Source: a virus. From it: a DNA stretch of 64,000 nucleotides. Below, one piece after another: positions 9,219 through 18,786 of this stretch; position 1 is the stretch's first letter, and every line of letters starts with the position of its first letter. The stretch spans positions 1-64,000 of IMG/VR virus record IMGVR_UViG_3300027970_000012, one strand, 5' to 3'. The notes below the pieces were generated by a model. It was not told the origin of the DNA, ran no database searches, and worked only from the letters and a program-made list of their open reading frames with translations. Position numbers and translations under genes: made by a program.

Positions 9219-9865
9219 TTTTTTCTAGTTCGGTTAAGATAATTCGTCTGTGTCTATAATATGGATTGTAACTCAATCCTGTTTTTTCTTCAAGTATTTT
9301 AGAATAATTTATATACTTCCCACCAAATCTATTTTTTGAAAAGTGTTTTGGAAAAGTCAAATTTAAATGAGTTATCGCAAACTCTCTCAATACCATAATC
9401 CCAGGAATAAACTTATATATTTTAATAAATTTTATTCCTATTTCAATTAAATCCTCATCAGTTAATCCATTCCAATTTGGATTAGAATACCCAGTTGAGT
9501 TGAGTGTTAATGAATTAAACCAATTGTCCTGGACTTCTTTAGAACATCTGGGAATCATCCACCCGCCTGTTCCACCTAAAGTTGCATTATAACCTTTTTT
9601 AGTATTACTTTCAAAAAGTTTAATAAAATGGATTTCTTTTTCGTTTATGATATTAACATTCTCAGTTTGGTAAGTTTCAATAATGGATAAATCCCAACAA
9701 TCTTCACCATATTTTCTAATTGCGGAATGAAATCTAAATTTAGAGCCATTTCTTGCACAAGAGAGGTGCCGATTCCATCTATGTGATAGAGAATATTCAG
9801 TTTTTCCTATGTAGCATTTACTATTTTTTTAAATTTGTGATTTTATAAATGATGTGAGTTTTCAT
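9205..9865 (-). pseudogene. GIY-YIG homing endonuclease between the nrdA halves, 1-nt frameshift in an A7 run
   Basis: ATG 9865 MKTHIIYKITNLKK-stop; removing one A at 9824-9830 gives ...NSKCYIGKT...FHSAIRKYG...GYNATLGGTGG open into ORF 9205..9558. Confidence 0.88.
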
Positions 9866-9866
9866 T

Positions 9867-9920
9867 ATATTAAGTGTAATCTCACGGCTAGTTATAATAT
9901 ATAGAGATTACACTTAATAT
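9867..9920 (-). promoter_or_regulatory. 17-bp perfect hairpin abutting the endonuclease start codon
   Basis: ATATTAAGTGTAATCTC-N20-GAGATTACACTTAATAT, ending 1 nt before ATG 9865. Confidence 0.75.
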
Positions 9921-11545
9921 CAATTGATTATTAATTCATCAGTTTCAACCAAATCTTTTACCATCACATATCCACGATTTTTCGTAAATACTTTGTGTCC
10001 TGGTGTGGCTACGATACTCTTACCCGTTTCTTCATCAGTAATTCTCATTACTTCTGATTTCGGAGAAGTCTGTGCAAATGCAGTGATTTGTTTCCATTCT
10101 AAAATATCACTTTTTATGTTATAAGAAAGGACTTTTATATTAGAGTAGCTATTCATAAATTTCGGCAAATCCTGAATTTCAATTCTATCCCACTCATCCT
10201 CATCAAGTAATACTTCTATTTTAGTATCACCAGAAACGCATAAATTGCTCATTGCAACTTGTTCTATAAATGAACTGTGAGAGTTGCAGTGGTCTATATT
10301 CATAATATAGATTCTACCAGTTTCCGCTCTTTCTTTGAGTAAGTCAAGAATCAGTTTTTGTGCCCCAACAACTTTTCTTGGAATGGTGAGGTCTTTTTCA
10401 TATTTTGTATAGAGTTCATCAAACTCGGGCATTCCGAATACATCATATAGACCAGGAACATTCTGAGGAGAGAAGAGTGTGATTTCTGCATTCTGAATGA
10501 ATCGTTCGTAGAATATCTTGGACAACTGAATGCCGTAATCCAACTTTCGGGCACGATTTTCCTCAGTTCCTTTGTTGTTCTTAAGAACGAGAACTTCCTC
10601 AATTTCAGTATGCCAAATTGGAAAATAAACCGTAGCGCTGCCTTGACGAATTCCACCTTGATGACAAGATTTGAGAGAGCTTTCAAATTTCTTCAGAAAT
10701 GGAATGATACCCGTTGATAGAACTTCTCCATTCCGAATCTTACTATTGATTGCACGTAGTCTTCCGATATTCAATCCAATTCCAGCTCTACCCGCCACAT
10801 ACTTCATCATCGCGCCATCAGAAGCAATGATGCTGTCTAGAGTATCGTCTACATCAATGAGAGTGCAGGAGGCAAATTGCCGAGATGGAGTTCTCACTCC
10901 CGCCATAATAGGAGTAGGAATATTAATTTTATGTTTGGAGACCGCATCATAATATCTCTTCACATAATCCATACGAATTGTTGAATTATAGTTTGAGAAC
11001 ATAGTCAGTGCAATCATCATATATGCAAACTGAGGCGTTTCGTATAGCGTTGATGTGCTTCGGTCTTGAACCAAATACTTATCTACGACTTGACGTAGAC
11101 CAGCATAAGTGAAGAGATAATCTCTATGATGGTCAATATATTCTCCAAGAGCATTTAGTTCTTGCTCAGTATACTTCTCAAGAACTTCCTTATCGTATAC
11201 ACCCAAATTTACACAATTTTGAATGTGTTCGTAGAATTTAGGATGGTCCTTAAGTCTACCATAGATTTTCTTACGAATAGAAAACAGTAGAAGTCTTGCT
11301 GCAACGTATTGATAGTTTGGAGAATCCAAAGAAATCAAATCGGATGCAGATTTGATGAGAATTTCCTGAATATCTGAGGTAGTAATTCCATCATACAATT
11401 GTATTCCTGAAGAAATTTCAACTTGCGATGCAGATACTCCAGATAATCCAAAGCAGGCTTCATCCACCATTCTATGAATTTTATCTAACAGGAGTATCTC
11501 ATCCTCTCCACTGCGCTTCTTAACTCTAATTTCTTTGTTGCTCAT
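9920..11545 (-). CDS. nrdA: NrdA N-terminal fragment fused to split-intein N part (9923..10240, 106 aa)
   Basis: ATP cone VKKRSG, PTPIMAGVRT, QFASCTLI, MSNL|CVSGDTKI...ATPGHKVFTKNRGY; likely start 11545 (ORF track gives 11575). Confidence 0.95.
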   Translation of the reverse strand: MSNKEIRVKKRSGEDEILLLDKIHRMVDEACFGLSGVSASQVEISSGIQLYDGITTSDIQEILIKSASDLISLDSPNYQYVAARLLLFSIRKKIYGRLKDHPKFYEHIQNCVNLGVYDKEVLEKYTEQELNALGEYIDHHRDYLFTYAGLRQVVDKYLVQDRSTSTLYETPQFAYMMIALTMFSNYNSTIRMDYVKRYYDAVSKHKINIPTPIMAGVRTPSRQFASCTLIDVDDTLDSIIASDGAMMKYVAGRAGIGLNIGRLRAINSKIRNGEVLSTGIIPFLKKFESSLKSCHQGGIRQGSATVYFPIWHTEIEEVLVLKNNKGTEENRARKLDYGIQLSKIFYERFIQNAEITLFSPQNVPGLYDVFGMPEFDELYTKYEKDLTIPRKVVGAQKLILDLLKERAETGRIYIMNIDHCNSHSSFIEQVAMSNLCVSGDTKIEVLLDEDEWDRIEIQDLPKFMNSYSNIKVLSYNIKSDILEWKQITAFAQTSPKSEVMRITDEETGKSIVATPGHKVFTKNRGYVMVKDLVETDELIIN

Positions 11546-11559
11546 AATTGATTTGACTC

Positions 11560-12552
11560 CTAAATTCTTTTCCAACCTATCATTTTAGCTTTTGCCGCTA
11601 ATCCACGAAAAGTATTATCTTTAATAATATTTTCTGGAGATAATCCTGCAATTATCATATCATTCACATCTTTATACTCCAAATTTTTTGGCCAAACTAC
11701 AATAGAGTCTCCTGATTCTATTGTAGTTTCCATACGATGAACAATGTGTTTATTTCTTCTTTCATTATCATATACATAAACAAAATTACAATCTTTAAAC
11801 TTATGTAAAGTTTTGATATTCAAATCAGCTCCTACCATAGCTATAGAATTTGGTATAAACATACTATCAAATGGCCCTTCCAAAACATATATTGGAGAAT
11901 TCACATTCACATTGTCCAATCCATAAATCTTCGGTAGTTCATTATTTAGAATTACGGTGATGTACTTCACTGTAGAATTTTTGGACAGTGCTCTACCCTG
12001 AAATCCGAAGATTTGATTTTCATATATGAGTGGAATTACAATTCTACTCTCTTCATAATCTGTAGTCTCAAATGTGTGTATTTGAGAATTAGTCCACTTC
12101 TTAAAACTTTCACAGAAGTATAATTGATTCCATTTTGATTTGGGGATTTTTCTAGATTCAATATACTTTCGGGCAATATGAGTTTCGGATAACTCTGAAA
12201 TCGTGAGTAAATCAAAATACTTTTTACTAAATGTGGGTTTCTTTTTTGGTGGAGATGAAACTAATTTTAATGTTTTTGAACCTTTATTCTTAAACTTCTC
12301 AAAAACATATCTATCATATATCGATTTGTCTATGTCCTTCAGTACCATAGATATATTACAAGATTTTCCGCAATTATGACATTTATAATTATATGTGTCT
12401 TTCACTGGATATAAATATCCTCGCGCTTTGTTTTTATATCTTTCACTGTCTCCACAATAAAAACATCTAAAATTGTAGGTGTTACCTTTTTTTATAAATT
12501 TAAGTAGTTGTGGTGAAATTTCGGCAATATACTTTTCCTCAATAAATGACAT
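11560..12552 (-). CDS. g61: DNA primase gp61
   Basis: Zn finger CFYCGDS...CHNCG; TOPRIM EGPFDS, YDNE, KDVND. Confidence 0.95.
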   Translation of the reverse strand: MSFIEEKYIAEISPQLLKFIKKGNTYNFRCFYCGDSERYKNKARGYLYPVKDTYNYKCHNCGKSCNISMVLKDIDKSIYDRYVFEKFKNKGSKTLKLVSSPPKKKPTFSKKYFDLLTISELSETHIARKYIESRKIPKSKWNQLYFCESFKKWTNSQIHTFETTDYEESRIVIPLIYENQIFGFQGRALSKNSTVKYITVILNNELPKIYGLDNVNVNSPIYVLEGPFDSMFIPNSIAMVGADLNIKTLHKFKDCNFVYVYDNERRNKHIVHRMETTIESGDSIVVWPKNLEYKDVNDMIIAGLSPENIIKDNTFRGLAAKAKMIGWKRI

Positions 12553-12575
12553 GAATTAAGTGGCTGTGAGAACTA

Positions 12576-12604
12576 AGTTTAAAACGAAGTTAAAATTTGG
12601 TCAA
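12576..12604 (-). promoter_or_regulatory. sigma70-type early promoter for g61-nrd
   Basis: TTGACC-N17-TAAACT. Confidence 0.6.
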
Positions 12605-12611
12605 GATTTAA

Positions 12612-12821
12612 TCATTTCTGAGTAAAGGACCTTCTGTATAAGGCTTTATATGGCGGAGGTAGTCTACGATATTTCTTTTTTCTTAGGTCCACTGGAGGTA
12701 AATCACCTTCTTTACCTGAGAGTCCATTAATTCCTCCAGCACCAACGGAATTGGTAGGACCACCTTCTTCTTTTAAATGTTTAATGAGTTCTATGATGAA
12801 TTGTAGCGATTTCTTCTTCAT
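12612..12821 (-). CDS. Small T4-like conserved hypothetical protein
   Basis: LKEEGGPTNSVG motif; overlaps upstream gene by ATGA. Confidence 0.65.
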   Translation of the reverse strand: MKKKSLQFIIELIKHLKEEGGPTNSVGAGGINGLSGKEGDLPPVDLRKKKYRRLPPPYKALYRRSFTQK

Positions 12822-13189
12822 AATTCTCGTAATAGCTTAAGAAAATATATATCCACTGGTATATCATTCAATATCGTTTTGGGGTATTCTGGAAATTTCC
12901 CCAAATACAATATTGTAGTTTTTATGAGAGACCAATATTGAGATTCGGTTTTATAAAATAATAGTGGCGTGGCCGCCTCACCAAATACATTATATAAAAT
13001 CAAAAAATGATTAATCAATAGTTTAATATTAACTCTATTATCTAAAATATATTTCTTAAGAAGTTTTTTAATCAACTTGAATCTCTTCAAATCTTCATAA
13101 AAATCTTCTTTGGTTACAGATTGCGGATTTTCATAATATTTTATAGCAAATAATAAATGGTTATCTTCATTCAAATCATCAAAAGTCAT
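12818..13189 (-). CDS. Conserved T4-like hypothetical protein
   Basis: LLFAIKYYENP...EDLKRFK...LINH..ILYNVFG pattern, usual upstream of g61. Confidence 0.75.
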   Translation of the reverse strand: MTFDDLNEDNHLLFAIKYYENPQSVTKEDFYEDLKRFKLIKKLLKKYILDNRVNIKLLINHFLILYNVFGEAATPLLFYKTESQYWSLIKTTILYLGKFPEYPKTILNDIPVDIYFLKLLREL

Positions 13190-13719
13190 GTATTTGGAAA
13201 TATAAAGTTGTCTGGGGCATCCCCTGTAATTGAATTTGATGCAACAAAAACTTCATTCTTGACTCTTAGATTTCCATTGCAATCTATATAGGTCATAATT
13301 CCTACCCATCCTGCGTGAGTCACTGCATATCTGGTTGTAGATGCAACCGAAGCTTCAGTTTCATCAACTCCATATACTATTGCAGTGTAGGTTGTACTCA
13401 CTCCAACCTGATAATTAGAGTTAAGTGTTCCAGATATAGGAAGTTCACTAATTGTGTATGATGTTGTAGCAATTCCAACTCCACTCAAATTTGATGTGGA
13501 TGCAATAGAAAGTTGAGTAGTGCTTGCAATACCCACAATCACAGCATCTCCGAAGAAGTTGGAAGTACCACCAAGTCTACCAAATCTAATTACATTACCA
13601 GTTGCTGCAGCACCAACCTGCCCAAATGAAGTTCCCGCTCCAGTCACAGTTAATGTGGTGTAGTTTAAACTCACCGTTCCGTTGGAACCTTTAGCGTCAA
13701 TATTTCCCCAGAGAGCCAT
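13186..13719 (-). CDS. Virion structural protein (conserved in cyanophages)
   Basis: MALWG start; YGVDETEA, HAGWVG, RVKNEV motifs; late promoter 13754-13760. Confidence 0.65.
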   Translation of the reverse strand: MALWGNIDAKGSNGTVSLNYTTLTVTGAGTSFGQVGAAATGNVIRFGRLGGTSNFFGDAVIVGIASTTQLSIASTSNLSGVGIATTSYTISELPISGTLNSNYQVGVSTTYTAIVYGVDETEASVASTTRYAVTHAGWVGIMTYIDCNGNLRVKNEVFVASNSITGDAPDNFIFPNT

Positions 13720-13785
13720 TTAATCTTCCTCGTTATCTTACAATTTGTATGAGTATTTATGATAAATTTGATATCACGAAATAAT

Positions 13786-13814
13786 AAAAAGAGAAAGAGA
13801 ACTCTCTTTCTCTT
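13786..13814 (-). terminator. Rho-independent terminator
   Basis: aaagagaaagag-aa-ctctctttctcttt inverted repeat followed by a T run on the minus strand. Confidence 0.6.
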
Positions 13815-13833
13815 TGAATGTGATAAACCTAAC

Positions 13834-14016
13834 TCACATTGGTTTGGTAGGTAGCAATTTTTCTCTTACTAATGCAACTAGCTCGTCATCTACTCTATTA
13901 TCAGTAGTTTTGACGTATTTTGTAAGCAATTCAATAAGAAATAGTTTAACAGATTCAGTGTTCCAGAACATAACAACCAAATTTTCACCAAGTGATAAAA
14001 GTAGATTTTTTTTCAT
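13834..14016 (-). CDS. Small hypothetical protein
   Basis: MKKNLLLSLGE...TDNRVDDELVALVREKLL; late promoter 14041-14047. Confidence 0.6.
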   Translation of the reverse strand: MKKNLLLSLGENLVVMFWNTESVKLFLIELLTKYVKTTDNRVDDELVALVREKLLPTKPM

Positions 14017-14060
14017 TGTGTTCTCGCCGTGATTCATAAGTATTTATGTTTTGGAGGAAG

Positions 14061-15425
14061 TCACCATTTCCAAATATCACTCCAATATGCGGCAGAGCTT
14101 TTACCTTTCTTAATGTTTTTACTATGTCTGGATTTAAATCTTTCTCTTCTATTTTTATATGCCTCACTTTCACCTTCTTTTTTTGGAGAACCCTTAACTC
14201 CTTTCTGACCAAACCGAATTAATTTTTCTTCTTCATTTTCACAAGACTTAACTACGTGAGATTTACCAGTTGTATTATTTCCAACTGGGTCGGATTTTGG
14301 CTTGTTGCAATCTAAATTAGACTTATCATACTTTGCTTCTTCTAATTTTTTTCGATTTCTTGCTGGATGATTCACTCTACCGTGGTCCAAGTTTTTAGTG
14401 GCCTTTTCTTTTCTTTTCATCATTCGGTCCATCAACTGCATTCCTGGACCCTCTATATGACCAGACCTCACAAAGTTTTTTGGAGACTGCGCCAAATTAG
14501 CAGCAAATGCAACGCTTAATATCGCATTTGCTAGATGGTCTCTTTTTCTGGCCTCAATTAGAAGCTTCCTTTTCATCACTTGTTCTATTCTGGTCAGAGC
14601 TTCCTGAAGTGAATCTGAACTTAATTCTTCTTTAATATTAGGATTAATGATAATTTTATTTTTACCTTTCATAATGTCTACGGTATAATCTATACCCTTT
14701 TCTTTCTTTTTCTTTTTATCATCAACTTCATAGAGTAATTCCTCTCTCCAACAGGAATATATTTCAGAAACTTGTCCCTTTCCCAGATACTTTCCTTGAG
14801 ATACTGCAGTTCTCTTTTCTCTACCACTCATTTGTGATGGTGCAGAAGGAAGAAGTCTTTTAGACTGCGACATTGCAGAAGTGGTTGCAGATTTAAATTT
14901 CTGAATTTTAGATTTTCTAAATTTATCTAAATCATTCGCTCTAGCAGTCTCGGCTTCTTTATCTCTTTCAGATTGCTGGTCTTTTCTTTTTTGATATTCC
15001 TTTTTTCCTATAGAAAATGCTGTACCTACAGCGTGTTTGCCGATACTTGCAAGATTTCCAAGTGCTTTTTTATAAGCAGTTGGGTCTTTGTCGGTATCAT
15101 TTATGGTTTGAGTCTGAATTCCAGAAGATTGATTTCCTTGAGCTGCTCTGCGAGCTTCTCTATCTTTTCTCTGTAGTTCAAGCTCTCTATACTTTTTAAT
15201 AGATTGCTTTTTTTGCCATTCTAATCTATCTCTCTTATGTACAAGAGTATTTTGCTTTTGTTCGTAGTCTAATCTTCTTGCACGTTCACGATTCTTTTCA
15301 CGAGCAGACCTAAGTGCTTCTGGAGTTTTAAGACTATCTGAAACATCAGGGTCATTCTCAAATGCCTGACTTACTCTTTTCTCTAAATCCTTGGTTCTTG
15401 AACTTACTTCTGTAATCTGAGTCAT
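14061..15425 (-). CDS. Charged multi-segment protein, probable processed internal head polyprotein
   Basis: Repeated (L/I)-x-E sites (QITEV, LLYEV, SLQEA, LLIEA, KLEEA); C-terminal RFGQKG...RRERFKSRH...SAAYWS domain. Confidence 0.65.
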   Translation of the reverse strand: MTQITEVSSRTKDLEKRVSQAFENDPDVSDSLKTPEALRSAREKNRERARRLDYEQKQNTLVHKRDRLEWQKKQSIKKYRELELQRKDREARRAAQGNQSSGIQTQTINDTDKDPTAYKKALGNLASIGKHAVGTAFSIGKKEYQKRKDQQSERDKEAETARANDLDKFRKSKIQKFKSATTSAMSQSKRLLPSAPSQMSGREKRTAVSQGKYLGKGQVSEIYSCWREELLYEVDDKKKKKEKGIDYTVDIMKGKNKIIINPNIKEELSSDSLQEALTRIEQVMKRKLLIEARKRDHLANAILSVAFAANLAQSPKNFVRSGHIEGPGMQLMDRMMKRKEKATKNLDHGRVNHPARNRKKLEEAKYDKSNLDCNKPKSDPVGNNTTGKSHVVKSCENEEEKLIRFGQKGVKGSPKKEGESEAYKNRRERFKSRHSKNIKKGKSSAAYWSDIWKW

Positions 15426-16633
15426 TGAAGCTTACCTAACTGCAACATTCGCCTTATCTTATTTATTGATTTGGGGACAGTTTCTTTAATTCTAACATTA
15501 GTATAAGACTTTGTTGGTTGACCTGGAGTGAGGCTTTGTAGAAACTTCCGATACTTATCCGTTCCCACCTCATATACCTCTTCATTGAATAGATGCACAT
15601 TCTGTAGCCAAGATTTAAACATCATTCCATCTTCCGTCACACAAATTAAATAATTGGTTCCTCTTCTCGTGACTTCTCCCACCAATCCAGTATTCAGATT
15701 CTCAACAATGGAACCTACTGGATACAAATTATTAACTTTATAATTATATCTCAACATTTCCATATCTAATTCTGGAGCAATTTTCCATAACTCCAGAGAT
15801 TCTTTCTGCTGACCTCTACTCATAGAATCAACCACCGAATTAAACAATTCTTCTTTATCTGCTCTCTTCATTGGAGCAGGCAGACTAGAGAAAAATGCTT
15901 GAGCGTTTCCTTCTGCGGCTGAAGTTCTCAGTGCAGCAGAAGACCCAGTTCCACCAGTATCACTGTCTGGGTCCTTTCCTGGAGCTGCAAGGACTTCAAT
16001 ATTAGCGAATTGGTAGTCCTGCCCTTCTCCCTTATGAGCTAATGACTGAAACTCTCCTAGCCTATCTGCACCCACAACTAATCTTACATCTTGATATCCA
16101 TCATTTCCTAATGCAGTTAATACATCAAAGATAGTTTTTGATTCATCATTATCCAAAATATAATCTGCATAATCAGGATACATCATTTGCATATATTGAA
16201 TCTTAAGACTTGGGTTTAGAGGATTTGTTCCAGCATCTTGAACTCTACTTGGATATATTCGGAAGTCATAATTATTTTCCGTTGCTTTAGACATTCCAAA
16301 TTTACACATATTCTCGTGATTTTTTGCAGGAGGATTAAATCTTCCTACAACAACTACAACACCCTTTGCAGATTTTGGAACGGGTGAAGCTGCTGCCTTT
16401 GTAGATTGAGTTTTTTGAACTTGTTGTTTAGGTTGACGTTGAGACTTTTGTTCTTGCTCTGCTCCTTGTCTACCCGAGAAAATCTTAAGTTCTCCACCAA
16501 TAGTTTTAGCTACCAGCTTACCTGAATTATCATAATAATCTCCGTGGCCATTGCTTCTCCAACCTCTCTGCCTTGCTTGCGTAGATGCTTGAGTTTCTCT
16601 GGCTTCACATATAAATTGTATAAAAGTTTTCAT
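15422..16633 (-). CDS. Cytidylyltransferase-like (HIGH superfamily) protein with CTS-like leader
   Basis: MKTFIQFICEA leader; GRFNPPAKNH, NPL, VVGADR, SSAALR motifs; late promoter 16651-16657. Confidence 0.85.
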   Translation of the reverse strand: MKTFIQFICEARETQASTQARQRGWRSNGHGDYYDNSGKLVAKTIGGELKIFSGRQGAEQEQKSQRQPKQQVQKTQSTKAAASPVPKSAKGVVVVVGRFNPPAKNHENMCKFGMSKATENNYDFRIYPSRVQDAGTNPLNPSLKIQYMQMMYPDYADYILDNDESKTIFDVLTALGNDGYQDVRLVVGADRLGEFQSLAHKGEGQDYQFANIEVLAAPGKDPDSDTGGTGSSAALRTSAAEGNAQAFFSSLPAPMKRADKEELFNSVVDSMSRGQQKESLELWKIAPELDMEMLRYNYKVNNLYPVGSIVENLNTGLVGEVTRRGTNYLICVTEDGMMFKSWLQNVHLFNEEVYEVGTDKYRKFLQSLTPGQPTKSYTNVRIKETVPKSINKIRRMLQLGKLQ

Positions 16634-16664
16634 TTAACAGGGTTTTTAAGTATTTATTCAATTC

Positions 16665-17756
16665 TTAAAGTTTACATTCAAGATACTTCTTTTTTCTCAA
16701 TATGTCTCCATTCATTGCGTGATTCCGATTTACAAATTGAACTGATAAATTCTTATATGGATACATAGCTGTAGAATTACTGTCTTCAGCTGGGTCCTTT
16801 GACCTTAACGTAGTGTCGTATATAACCATATACACTTCTGGCCTGAGTGCAACCGTATCTGGTGGATGATTTCTTTTATATATTTTCTCAGCTTCCATAT
16901 ATATGAAAAGCGAGTCCTCGTCACTATGTTCTTCTTTACCATTTATAATAATATAATCCGCGAAATTATCTTTCATACCAAAACAATAATAGTTAATTTC
17001 ACTGTCCGTAGCTGGAGTTCGTATTCCCATAATTCCTTCTGGAAAGATTACTTTGTTACGGTCAGTAGGGTCAAGAGAAATCAAGCCCGTTGCAACGGCC
17101 TTATCTATCAATTTTTTGGGTCTAGCTGAGTGTAAAGTGTGATAAGTTCCTGCACTTCCCCAAGAAAAGAAATTACTTTGTTTTAATGATATTCTAACTT
17201 TTTTTAGTTTTGTTTGAATTGTTACATCAGATTTACTACTTTTCCCCGCAGCATCATCTATGGATATAATTGGGCCAATTCCAATTTTTTTCTTATTTAC
17301 ACTCCATATTGTAAGTGTAACATTATGATATTTTTCAAATAATAAATACGAAAACTCTTTTAAATCAGATTTGAGTTCCGTTAATTTTAGTAGTTTGTCT
17401 ACTATTACTGAATGAAAGTATAGTTCATATGCTCTTCCTGGATTTAGGATGGATGAACGTTTTCCAACTGGACATTGCGTATATACTTCTCCCGTTCCAG
17501 TATTCTTACCAACCACTCGTATCTTTTTTATATTTCCGTCAGTGGATTCTTTAAATTTAGAAAGTGGATATTTAGAAACTAACGCTGCATAAATTTTTTT
17601 ATGTAATTCTGGACCATTTTTTAAAATCTTCGGAATGACCCATATCGTGTCCTTTTTTTTGTATATTAGATTATCTGACTTAGGTGCCAATTTTTGAACT
17701 ATTTCTAAAATTTTATATGGGTCAGCTAGAGTATGTCTTACGATTGGTGGAGCCAT
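16665..17756 (-). CDS. Hypothetical protein, possible PD-(D/E)XK nuclease
   Basis: GRAYE helix and KSDVTI...RISLKQ; likely start 17756, since ATAAATA at 17780-17786 overlaps the ORF-track start. Confidence 0.5.
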   Translation of the reverse strand: MAPPIVRHTLADPYKILEIVQKLAPKSDNLIYKKKDTIWVIPKILKNGPELHKKIYAALVSKYPLSKFKESTDGNIKKIRVVGKNTGTGEVYTQCPVGKRSSILNPGRAYELYFHSVIVDKLLKLTELKSDLKEFSYLLFEKYHNVTLTIWSVNKKKIGIGPIISIDDAAGKSSKSDVTIQTKLKKVRISLKQSNFFSWGSAGTYHTLHSARPKKLIDKAVATGLISLDPTDRNKVIFPEGIMGIRTPATDSEINYYCFGMKDNFADYIIINGKEEHSDEDSLFIYMEAEKIYKRNHPPDTVALRPEVYMVIYDTTLRSKDPAEDSNSTAMYPYKNLSVQFVNRNHAMNGDILRKKKYLECKL

Positions 17757-17796
17757 AAATTCAAGAGTATACCATATGATATTTATCATATATCAT

Positions 17797-17818
17797 AAAA
17801 AAGAGGCTTTCGCCTCTT
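17797..17818 (-). terminator. Rho-independent terminator after mazG
   Basis: AAGAGGC-GAAA-GCCTCTT-TTTT. Confidence 0.85.
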
Positions 17819-17823
17819 AAATA

Positions 17824-18228
17824 TCAAACGTCTCCTGTTACTCGGTTTTCAGAAAAATATGAATCAAAAGTTCCACTTGGATATCTTGCAGAAAGTTTTT
17901 CAACGTTCATAGCAAAGGCATCATCTATAGTCATTCCTAAAGCCTCACATGCTAATGCGATATAAAATAAAATATCTCCAATTTCACGCTTCATATGAAA
18001 TACATTTTCTGCGTTATATGGCTTTCCCTGAAAGAGAATCTTCTTGACTACTTCTGCGTATTCTCCAGCTTCTGCACAAATTCCAGTGTATGAAGTCATC
18101 AACTTTGGAACATTCACTCCAAGTTCATTTAATTCATTCATTCGTTCTATCAGAGCATCATAGTTTGAGGATGGTTTAGAGGTTATACTAGCTACAAATC
18201 TACTATAATCTTGAGTGCTTACATTCAT
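17824..18228 (-). CDS. mazG: MazG-like nucleotide pyrophosphohydrolase
   Basis: EAGEYAEVVKK, REIGDILFY, NVEKLSARYP. Confidence 0.92.
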   Translation of the reverse strand: MNVSTQDYSRFVASITSKPSSNYDALIERMNELNELGVNVPKLMTSYTGICAEAGEYAEVVKKILFQGKPYNAENVFHMKREIGDILFYIALACEALGMTIDDAFAMNVEKLSARYPSGTFDSYFSENRVTGDV

Positions 18229-18237
18229 AAATTCACC

Positions 18238-18777
18238 TTAGTATTTAAATTTCAAAAATTTATCCATTTTATTGGATTGTTCTTCAGGATTATAGTCGGA
18301 TTCTAATTCTTCGTCAAGAGCTTCTATTTGAGCAGATTGCTCAACGTTATATAGCTTCATTTTTGTTTTGTCTATACCTACTACAAATCTCTTGAATTTA
18401 GAAACATCATTATCACGATTTCGGAGTTGTTTGAACATTACCTGTCCTAAATTAGACAACTCTTCTGTATTAATGAGAGCAACTGCAACGTCAGCAGTCA
18501 TCATAGTTCCAAAACTATTTTTTGTTAGTATGCCATTACAATAAAATAAATTATCCCCCGATACTCCGATATTAATAGTTTCCAATTCTCCTAATTCTAT
18601 AATCTCTACAATTTCATCAACATAGCTTATGTTATTGTCGGTTATTGTATCTTTCTCTTGTTTTTCTTTGTCTAATTTAATCAACAATTCCGTAAGTTCA
18701 AATAAATCTAGATTACTCAATCCAGATGAAATCATTTTTTCTGCCGTTCTAAAACATTTTAATTCTAAATTATCCAT
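18238..18777 (-). CDS. g41: gp41 helicase C-terminal fragment fused to split-intein C part (18517..18777, 87 aa)
   Basis: ...ETINIGVSGDNLFYCNGILTKN|SFGTMMTAD...KQLRNR...FVVGIDKTKMKLY. Confidence 0.93.
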   Translation of the reverse strand: MDNLELKCFRTAEKMISSGLSNLDLFELTELLIKLDKEKQEKDTITDNNISYVDEIVEIIELGELETINIGVSGDNLFYCNGILTKNSFGTMMTADVAVALINTEELSNLGQVMFKQLRNRDNDVSKFKRFVVGIDKTKMKLYNVEQSAQIEALDEELESDYNPEEQSNKMDKFLKFKY

Positions 18778-18786
18778 TTATAATCT

